Origin: Calditrichia bacterium
GTDB lineage: Bacteria > Calditrichota > Calditrichia > JAJRVZ01
Direction: 5' to 3'
Length of the DNA: 64,000 bases
Assembly: GCA_963796965.1 (NCBI GenBank)
Contig: CAWCNS010000007.1
Location: forward strand, 576,001 to 640,000
Shown piece after piece: positions 29,100-38,406 of this stretch. The notes under the pieces are model-generated. The model saw only the letters and a program-made list of their open reading frames with translations. It did not search any database and was not told where the DNA came from. The position numbers and the translations under genes were made by a program. Position 1 is the stretch's first letter. Each line of letters begins with the position of its first letter.

Positions 29100-32047
29100 C
29101 TATTTTGAAAGCGTGCATTCAATTGTAACCGGGCCCAATAATCCTGATGGTTCTAAGGGAATCTCATCAATGGGCCTGCCCCTGAAATCATGTTTTAAAT
29201 TTATATTCGTGGAAGTGTATTGCTTTTTATCCGGGAATGTTTGGTCACCAGCCACCCGGTTATACCACGAATTGACCACTTTAATCTCCAATATATTCTC
29301 TCCTTTTTGCAGTTCATTACTTATTTCGACTCTGAACGGTGGAGTCCAGACAATGCCTTTGTCTTTTCCATTGATTTTCACCTCTGCAATTCCAACATCT
29401 TTTACGCTTCCCAGCTGCAGAAAGTATTGTTTGTCTTTTTGAGGTTCAAAATCATGAGTGAACATCTTGGTATAAACTGCCGCTCCAGAATAGTAGTTAA
29501 TTCCTTTATCAAAATGTTGTGTCCAGTCCATGAGTTCAGGGAATAGTACTGATTCCGGTCCACCCCATTTGGGATCGAAGCTGACAATCCATTCTCCGGT
29601 AATTTCTGCCAACGTTTCAAAATTGCTGTAATTTCCAACGGCGTTTCCTTGTATGCTTTCAGCAATTATCTTGTTGAACACCACCAATACAGCACCGTAA
29701 GGCTCAAATGTTAGTGGAACGATTGTTAGTCCATCTTTTTGGGTAAAAGATTTGGCTTCGCGAATATCTCCTGATAAAGCATCCCACAATTCAGGTTGTT
29801 TGGCTGAAACACGAAACTGACACTTAATTTCTTGTCTTTTGATCGTTTGATTGGTGACAAAATAAACATCACTTTCTCCGATGGTATAATGAATGTAATC
29901 GTAATCGGTTTTGTTGTCGCTCTCTAATACGTTAAAGTCTGGGTCAACATTTATCGACATAAGATATTCTCTTGCTGTAACACCCCAGGCAAGCAATCCT
30001 TTTCCATATTTTACTTGTCCATTTTCAGCGACGCCTTTCCCCCATATTTTATCTGCCAGCTTGTGAAACTGCTTCTGTTCTCCGCCAACCAGACTAACGG
30101 AACTATTAGGCTTGTAGCCAATGACTGTTGCACCCTCTTTTAAAAGTGATGCCACTTTTTCCAAGACAGACTAGTGATACTATCTTATGGTCGGGCAAAA
30201 CCAAAAGGCGATACGCCACCCCTCCCGGAACAACAATTTTCCCATCCTTCATTTTGAGCTGCAAAAAGATAGTCTCGTCCGTTACATCATAATCAAAACC
30301 GGGCAGTACCCCTGCGGGATCGGAATGTTTAAAAGGAAATACATTGGGAACATGATCACCATAATAATAAAGAACATCAGACTACAAATTCGCCCTTTTG
30401 CACCACCATTTGAATTCGGTGCATGTAGTCGATAAAGGGGCTGGATTGTTCCCACCATGTGAGTCGGGGATTGACGTGGGTACAGGCAAAAAATTCCTGT
30501 CCGGGCAAACCCATCGACTCCGGCGAACAGGTGAAGGTGGTTAAATATACCCGGTTCAGTCCCGAACAAATCTGATAGTCGAAAGACGATTTTTGATCTA
30601 ACCACAACTCATCATTCCAATGGTGCCCGATGCCTGAAAAAGATTCAGCCCCTACTATTTTTTTACCATAGATATGTGCAGCTGATGCGCCTTGTTTCAA
30701 AAAGAATCGTTGGACAGGCGCAGGCCGGTGATCTGAGGGAGCCCAGAATTCACTCATCACAACATCGCTAAATCCATAATTTTTTATCCCATCAAAAGAT
30801 CCGGCATGAGGACCGGCCGATTCAGGATTTATACGCATGTTGTATTTATGGGCATAGGCCTGAAAGTGTTTATAATGGTTATGGGCAACCAACTCGCCTA
30901 AAGTTTTTCTAAAATCAGACAAAAAAGCGTTGGACCTGTTTATATCATCGATCACATAACCGGCAACTATTGGCAAATAGTTTACGATATCATAGCCCCG
31001 GTAGTTTTTAAACTCTTCGGCAAGATTATCTGTCCAGTTCATCCCCCGGCACTCCCAACTATCTGTTCCCAGGTCTTTAAGTGTCGTACCGGTATGTCTG
31101 CCTGCTGCTTTAAAAATAGGATCTAATACATTATTCCAATAAAAATCAAAAGCTTCTTTACTTAAATAATCGAGCACAAGCCCCTGCCAATTATCACTTG
31201 CTGTAGATACCCGGGCCCCTGAGCAGGTATAGCCTATTCGCAGTATACACCAATTTCCATCCGGAGCATCCCAAACCAGTTTACCTTCTTCATCCAACTT
31301 TGCAGTCAAATCAATGACATCATCCTTTTTAATGATATAGGTATTTTTTTCTTCTTTCTTTTTCTTATCTCTGGGAATATTGGTCAGCAAAAATCGGGTA
31401 TCGGGTGCGGAACCGCCAAGTTCATGATACGCCAGTTTTAAATCCAAATCAGAAATTACTTTAGTGGTTTTATTCTGTTCATATAAGGGAATTGCCAATA
31501 CGGCTATGTCCTTATAAAAGTCATTTTGAATTGGGGGTAATTTCAACTCACGCGCTATTTTTTTACCTCCTGATATTTTTGTTTCGGAATACGTAAGCTG
31601 TTTGGCTGCATATTGTGGCGTTATGGTTGGACCTCCCAAATTCCAGCCGCTCTGAATATTAAGTCCCATCTCCAGACCAAGTCGTTTTGCTTCATCCAGG
31701 GCAAAAACAAATAGCGCGATCCATTCATCTGAGCCAAATTGAGGACCTAAAGGAACATCCTTGTTGCCTCTTTGATTATGTCCTCCCCCATCATAAACAA
31801 CCGCTCCCTGGAAATTTCTTGATTTCATCGCTTCCAAATCACGCGTAATAGCTTCTTTGGTTACATTGCTATTCAGCCACCACCACCAACAATTAAGTCC
31901 ATAAGTTGATGGTGGGTTTTTGAAATTCTCTTTTAGATAGGCGTAATCTACATGAGTACTTTCCTGTTGGCTGATACTGCCGTTGCACTTTAACAGTAAA
32001 AAACAAAGAATAAGTAAGGTTGAATATTTTAGAAGCGGGTTTTTCAT
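29100..32047 (-). CDS. GH106-family glycoside hydrolase (alpha-L-rhamnosidase-like); frameshifts near 30380 and 30170
   Basis: WWWWLNSNVTKEAITRDLEAM, SGWNLGGP, TDSWE, ASAAHIYGKKIVGAESF, YDYIH, PELWD, PSGLLGPV. Confidence 0.88.
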
Positions 32048-32048
32048 T

Positions 32049-32648
32049 TTATAGGATAAAATTTGATATACCAATGCCAATGAATATTCGATTTTGACTA
32101 TCAATATTATCATTTGTAGAAGACATGAATCCATATTTGCCAAATAAACTGAAACCAAAATTACCAGTGACGTGATAGAATACACCAGCTCCAAAATCTA
32201 AAACACCCCCATCATAATCATCTCCAACCAGGAATAAATAGTCAGCTAGGATGAAAGGTCGAAACCTGTCCTCCCCAAAATACATTTTCGCGATTGGACC
32301 AATGAATGTTTGTTCAATTCTCACAGAGCTTTCTGATGATTTGTAATCTGTTTTCTGATTCAAATATGACACATCAAGTCCAAGAGAGATATTATCAACA
32401 AAAAAGTATAAAAATACTGGCTCAATGAGGAATATCTGTTGAGTCATCTTCTCGTCATAGGTATAATTGGTTGTAAAGGAATTATAGGATAAGAAACCCG
32501 AGATTTCTTTTGAACCGGATTTGGTAAGTAGAGCGGAATTAATGGCAGTCGTGACATCAGTGTAGATTCCCTTCAAATCATTTTCCTGGGCAACTAAATT
32601 AAATGATGAAAATAATAGAATACATAAAAATGTGTTTAAAGTTTTCAT
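32049..32648 (-). CDS. Small outer-membrane beta-barrel protein
   Basis: Signal peptide, YFFVDNISLG, GPIAKMYF, GAGVFYHV alternating strands. Confidence 0.8.
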   Translation of the reverse strand: MKTLNTFLCILLFSSFNLVAQENDLKGIYTDVTTAINSALLTKSGSKEISGFLSYNSFTTNYTYDEKMTQQIFLIEPVFLYFFVDNISLGLDVSYLNQKTDYKSSESSVRIEQTFIGPIAKMYFGEDRFRPFILADYLFLVGDDYDGGVLDFGAGVFYHVTGNFGFSLFGKYGFMSSTNDNIDSQNRIFIGIGISNFIL

Positions 32649-32975
32649 TGAAATATTTCCCTTTTAGTTAATCACCATCTAAAACTGATTGAGCGTAATT
32701 CTTACCAGATTTGCCTTCAATTACCTTGTGATATATTTCCTATGTTTTTATGGCCAACAAAATTCGTTCTTTCCTATTACACGTATTCCGCACATCCAAG
32801 TCTAAAACATCGAACACATACGCCTAATAGGAATATATCGATAGAATAATTAATATGCTGATTTTTTCTTTGATGATTGAATTAAACCAGTCCCAAAATT
32901 GCCTATCTCCTGTCGTTCATCCCCGCCTGATAAATAACATCCCCCTAACCCCCTTTATAAGGGGGAATAAATCAC

Positions 32976-33045
32976 GCCGCCCCCATCGCAGATCCCATAT
33001 CCCATGTCTCATATCCCAAATCCAAAATCAAAAATTCAAAATTCC
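32976..33045 (+). repeat. Degenerate heptamer tandem repeat
   Basis: CAGATCC-CATATCC-CATGTCT-CATATCC-CAAATCC-AAAATCA-AAAATTC-AAAATTC. Confidence 0.7.
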
Positions 33046-33048
33046 CGA

Positions 33049-33270
33049 TTAAAACGCCTCCATCCGGTCGGCCGGTAGATTTAATTCGCATTTTTTGCAG
33101 TCCAGTTTATAGCCTATCATGGATTCCCTTCCCGATTCTGATTCAACCCAGGGTCTGCTTATCAGGGGCGGATTATGTCGGACATGTTGATTGTGACCAC
33201 ATGATAATTCTGCCACCCAGTGATCCTCTTCATCTTTGTGATATCCGATAATAGAATGCTTCATACCCAT
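33049..33270 (-). CDS. DUF3565-family small protein
   Basis: IIGYHKDEEDHWVAELSCGHNQHVRHNPP..RPWV..CKKC. Confidence 0.88.
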   Translation of the reverse strand: MGMKHSIIGYHKDEEDHWVAELSCGHNQHVRHNPPLISRPWVESESGRESMIGYKLDCKKCELNLPADRMEAF

Positions 33271-33310
33271 CTAACGGTTAGGGAAAAGTGGTCGGTCCGC
33301 TTGTCCAAAG
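33268..33310 (-). mobile_element. attC remnant abutting the DUF3565 start
   Basis: Minus strand ACAAGCGGACCGACCACTTTTCCCTAACC-GTTAGAT-G; core matches GTTRRRY. Confidence 0.55.
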
Positions 33311-33504
33311 GATCCCTTTAAAGAGCTTTTGTAAACAGACGATACACCCATTTGCACTTTTTAAAATCTTTGTATTTAAAATACATTTAATCTTAAAATA
33401 CAAATAAATTCACTTCTTAATTAAATAGACTGCGAAAAAAATAATTAGTCCGATGATAAAAGTTCCAGCTATAAATGTCGACTCATTCATTATATTCTCC
33501 CTAT

Positions 33505-33699
33505 TTATATCAAATTGACATGGATCCCAAGAGCCTCGGCAACTTCACGAGCCGTTTTCCCTGACTGATCAGCCAGGGAAACTGCCTGTCTTCTCAACTC
33601 TTCGGTGTATCGGTTTACTTTCTTCTTTGCCATGATGACCTCCTTCTACAAAAATAAGACTCCTTATAGGGGTGTGTCTACTTTTCATGGGTAGGTCCT
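33505..33699 (-). mobile_element. IS3-family left-end remnant (IR plus truncated OrfA)
   Basis: GGACCTACCCATGAAAAGTAGACAC end, AAGGAGG RBS, MAKKKVNRYTEELRRQAVSLADQSGKTAREVAEALGIHVNLI*. Confidence 0.8.
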
Positions 33700-34003
33700 G
33701 CTTTTATAAATGTTAGAATATATATAAAAAACGACATGCTTTTTTTCAATTAGAAATATAATCACATTAAACTTTGGTTTATGATCCTAGTTTCTGCACA
33801 TAAAGATAAAAAAGACAAAGATCATCAAATACCTCAAAACCGCACACTTGTTCGATAATATAGTGCGTATTCGCACACCAATTCCTTTTTTAAACCCTGA
33901 TACCGGTCTTTTTTCAATTGGCATGATATTGGTTCCCTCTTTTACATAACAATCCAAAACACACTTTAATGGTGTAATTATGTAAAAAGAAAGGGGATCA
34001 TAT

Positions 34004-34706
34004 ATGGCCGTTAACTATTATCTACGTCAAAACAAGTTAGGGAAAGATGGAAAAACCTATATGGCAAACGTCATTTCCAGGGGTACATTTGAGCATGATT
34101 ATATTATTGAAGTGATGCTCACCAGGGGCTCCACCGTTACCAGGGCAGATATCCTCAGCGTGCTCTCCGATTATCATGATACGATTGAATCATTTTTACA
34201 AAACGGCTATAACGTAAAAACACCTTTAGCCAATTTCTCCTCCAGCATTAGGGGGATTTTTAACGATTACGGTGAATACTATCAAGAGGGACGCCATAAG
34301 ATTTATCCGGTCATCAATCCGGGGAAACGATTATTACGCTTCTATCGTGAGCGGATGAAGGCACATATTGTCCGACCCAATCAGAACATACCAAGACTGA
34401 ACAGTTTTACCGATATTGTAAGTGGTTCAAAAAGCAAATGGATCACACCAGGTAGTATGGCAGAGATTACGGGAAGCCTTCTCAAGATAGATAAAGAATC
34501 CGATACGTCCGGAATCTTTTTTATTAATCAAAAACATGAAAGAATAAAGGTAGACTGTTATAGGTATGAATACGCCATCACGGTTATTATTTATGATACC
34601 GGCTAATCTACCCGATGATACCTATACCCTGGAGATCCGCACCGTAATAAAAAACGTGGTTTGCAGTGGTCAACTATCAGGTTCCCTGTTCGTTCAGAAA
34701 GGATAA
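34004..34706 (+). CDS. HU-like DNA-binding domain plus DUF4469 Ig-like domain protein; frameshift near 34555
   Basis: RGSTVTRADILSVL, GYNVKTPLANFSSSIRGIF, ITPGSMAEITGSLLKI, GIFFIN; second frame NTPSRLLFMIPANL..YTLEIRT. Confidence 0.8.
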
Positions 34707-34793
34707 CGCAATAAGGTGATCATATAACTACGTAACCATGCTCTATTTTACTACATGGTAATCCTATGTAGTATTATAATAGAAATCTATAAA

Positions 34794-34938
34794 CCGTATA
34801 CTCGGTTTTACGTAAAACGAACTTCGGTAGGGTCCAATCCGAACTTCGGTACGGCCAAGACCGAACTTCGGATCATACTAGTACGAACTTCGGTCTACAC
34901 CACACCGAGGCTCGTTTTATACCAATACGAAGTTCGGT
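34794..34938. repeat. 22-bp-period array of CCGAAnTTCGG-type palindromes with variable 10-nt spacers
   Basis: Cores at 34817, 34839, 34861, 34883, 34905 (degenerate), 34927 plus a degenerate one ending at 34806. Confidence 0.9.
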
Positions 34939-35126
34939 TTAGTGAATATAATAGTAGTTTTAAACAGAATACATACGTAGTAAAAGATATGGTGATACTA
35001 TAGTCCCTCTTTCGTCTTCATTTAGTGCTTTTATTGCCAAAGCCTGATGTAGATCTAATCCAGTTCGAAGAACAAGTTTTCCGGAATATTTCTTATTGGT
35101 GGGGATTGGTAATTAGCATCCTTGTT

Positions 35127-37738
35127 TTATTTAATTCTGAATGTTTGTTTCAATAGAACATTTCTTGATGAATTACCAACTAAAACATCAAATTCACCAG
35201 GCTCAACAACCCAGGATTTTGAATCAACATCGTAAAAAGATAACGCCGACCGATCAATTTTCATTGAAACCGTTTTGCTCTTTCCGGCTTTTAAACTGAC
35301 TCTTGCAAATCCTTTTAGCGATTTTATTTCTCTTTCAACACGTGCCTCTTTATCACTTATATAAATCTGCACAATTTCATCGCCTTCAACGTTACCCGTA
35401 TTCTTCACTGTTACGTCAATAATCAGAGAATCTTTTTCTGTCATTTCGCTTTTACTCAGTTTTAGATCGCTAAAATTAAAAGTTGTGTAGGATAGCCCAA
35501 AACCAAATGGGAATAAAGGTTCGATGTTTTCTTTATCGAAATGACGATAACCAACAAAAATCCCTTCTTTATATATCGCTTTTTCTCTTACACCGGGATA
35601 TGTTCCATAAGCCGGTGAATCTTCCCATCTTTTAAGAAAGGTAATAGGCAATTTCCCGGAAGGATTAACCATTCCGAACAGAATTTCAGCCAATGCATTA
35701 CCACCTTCCTGACCGGGATAAAAGGCATCTATTATAGCAGGAACATCATCCACCCATTCATGCATGGTTATTGCTGAACCATTATTTAATACAACAACTG
35801 TATTTTTATTTACAGCGACCACTTTTTTAAGGAGCGTCAATTGGTTGTCATTCAATCCAAGTTCCGTACGATCATTTGCTTCACCTTCCATTTTCTTGTT
35901 TAAACCGAGGGTTAATATGACAACGTCAGAATTACGGGCTAATAATAATGCTTCGTTTATTTTGCTCGTATCAGGAGAATAAGGTTCAAAGCCAAAGGAA
36001 CAGTGAGCCGTACCGGTTTCTTCATAGAACTCAACACGGATTTTATACCTATGGCCTGCTTTAAATTTAAATAGCGTCGATTTCAGTTGACCAGGAAGAC
36101 CATCTAACCAGTTATCCAAAACCTTTTTCTCATCTAAATAAAGTTTAAAACCGTTGTTTGAAAGAAAGCCAATTTCATAAATCCCCTCACCCGGTGATTT
36201 AAAAAATCCGGTCCAACGGGCCGACCAGTTATCCGGATTTATGATACCTGTCTTTGGAGATCCCTTATCATCATCCTTATTCTTACCTACAAGATATGCT
36301 GCATCAGATTCAGCTCTCGTTGCCGGATCCCAGTTGAAATCAATATTTTTTTCAATCCGGGTTAATGCTGGTTCCCCATCTAAATTAATACTGTTAAAAT
36401 AGTGTGCTTTAATACCTGGTTTTCCATCTTCAAGCATAAAATATTCAGGCCCGGCAATCGGCAACGATGTTTTCTTTTCCGGAACTCCTCTGGCAAAGCC
36501 TACCTTTATATTTTTTCCAACCTGATTGACAATTCCCTCATAAGGCGAGATACCATAATTCCCTTCAAGATCGCCACTTCCGCCGGCTGTCATTCTTGCG
36601 ACATCACCATTTGGACCAATAACCGCAATGGATTTAATTTTATCCTTTTGAAGAGGTAAAAAATTGTTTTCATTCTTCAAAAGAACAATACTTTTACGTG
36701 CCGCTTCCCTGGCCAGGGCATTTCTCTCGGGTGTATTTGAATGGCCACCGTAACTATCTGCTGACGCGTCAAATAGCCCCGCTTTAAACATCGCCTCAAG
36801 GATTCGACGAACTTTGTCATTTATAATGTTTTCCTCTATCTCGCCAGTATTAACGGCATTTAAAAGTTTATCACCATAAAATTTAGCATAAGGCATTTCC
36901 AGGTCTAAGCCGGCTTTTGCCATTTTCACTGTTGAATGGGTTCCATTCCAATCAGATACGACGAATCCCCTAAATCCCCATTCGTTTTTCAATACATCCG
37001 TCAGCAGATATTTGTTTTCTGCTCCATAATCTCCATTTATTTTGTTATAGGATGTCATTATCGACCAGGTGTCGGCTTCCTTGACCGCCGCTTTCATTGA
37101 AGGTAAATAGATTTCCCGCAAACTACGCTCATCAACCTGAGCATCTACACTACTACGATTCCACTCCTGGTTATTCGCTGTCATTACTTTGGTGCAGGCA
37201 ATCACATTTTTACTTTGCACTCCCTTAACGTAAGCTACGGTCATTCTTGATGACAGGTAAGGATCCTCACTAAATACTTCAAAGGATCTTCCATAATGCG
37301 GAAGGCGAATGATGTTAATCATTGGGGCAAGGAGCATGTTTCTTCCCATTACCCGTGTTTCCTCACCGATACTTTCTGCTACACGTCGCATGAGATCGGT
37401 GTCAAAAGAGGCAGCCAAATTGATCATAGCCGAGTAATTTGTCGACTGTTTGCGAACGGTTGGTCCCAACGGCCCATCTGTCATAAGAATTTTTGGAATA
37501 CCCAGACGTATATTTTCTTTTGTATTCATATTTTCACCACCGAGCATCGCTACTTTTTCCTCTAAGGTCATGCGCGACAATAAATCTGATGCCCTTGCTT
37601 CAACGGACTGTGAATAATCCTTATAAGCAGGAATCTTTTCTATATTCTGGCAAAAAACCTGGACCTTGGGGAATCCTATGATCAGCAGGACAACCCAGGA
37701 AAATGCTAGTGCATATTGCTATATTTACTGTATATCAT
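35127..37738 (-). CDS. GH3 beta-glucosidase with PA14 and Fn3-like domains; frameshift in the signal peptide
   Basis: MTLEEKV, TDGPLG, GRSFEVFSEDP, GFVVSDW, SIVLLKN, NPSGKLPITF, FPFGFGLSYT. Confidence 0.93.
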
Positions 37739-37950
37739 TTTTTATATACCATACTTCATTTATACACAATCAACTATTAATTAAAGGTGAGTTAAGCGTA
37801 TCATATGGTGGTTTTTACCACATTATATGAGGCGTAAAACATGATGGATGTCATCCCCCACGTGCTATTAAATCTATAGAACCGCGGATAACACGGATCT
37901 CCGCGGATAATTAATAAATACTATATTAATCAAATTAAAGTACAAAATCA

Positions 37951-37999
37951 GTCACGCTGAACTTGCCTGCCCTGAATATAATTCAGGGTTTCAACATCT
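37951..37999 (+). repeat. GTCA-type REP-like hairpin interrupted by a GCCTG-footed hairpin
   Basis: GTCACGCTGAACTT-[GCCTGCCCTGAATATAATTCAGGG]-TTTCAACATCT. Confidence 0.7.
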
Positions 38000-38120
38000 C
38001 ATATTCTCATTTTTAGAACCCGAAGTAAGCCTGTCCAGCGGATATCAAGCGAAAAGTAGGGACGACTAAAGGAAAATGGAAAATAATTCTCACACTTCTC
38101 CCGAGAACTTATTAACAAAT

Positions 38121-38265
38121 ATCTCACGCAAAGGCGCTAAGACGCGAAGAAATAATTGCTTAGAGAAGTTATTTATAGAGTAAATTTAACTATTAATTCC
38201 GTTTAAATTATCTTTCTAAAATATTCAAAAATAAATCTTTGCGTCTTGGCGTCTTAGCGAGAGAT
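38121..38265. repeat. TCTCACGCAAAGGCGCTAAG...CTTAGCGAGAGA palindromic element
   Basis: Inverted ends of three 8-nt modules around an AT-rich loop. Confidence 0.8.
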
Positions 38266-38406
38266 GAATTATTCAGGTTAACTAATTTTTCTTGATATGG
38301 CTTTGCATCATCTCCTAATTTACCTGAAAGGATTAAAACAACTCCGGAAGGGTGGAGGGCAGAAATATCTCACGCTGCGCCGCGCCGAGGCAGCGAAAAA
38401 TAATAT

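Noticed and set aside
32047..32194. N-terminal extension of the GH106 ORF to 32194
   Set aside because: It overlaps the beta-barrel gene; a signal peptide starts at the ATG at 32047.
32750..32800. Possible attI site (minus strand GTGCGGAATACGTGTAAT...GTTGGCC); loosely similar motifs near 33840-33878 and 37881-37910
   Set aside because: No adjacent integrase, imperfect core, and attI cannot be recognised reliably by eye.
33918..33932. Sigma-54 promoter TTGGCATGATATTGG before the HU-like gene
   Set aside because: The -12 element is GG rather than GC; not supportable.
34794..34938. CRISPR array
   Set aside because: 12-nt repeats and 10-nt spacers are far too short, and no cas genes are in the window; kept as a phased array instead.
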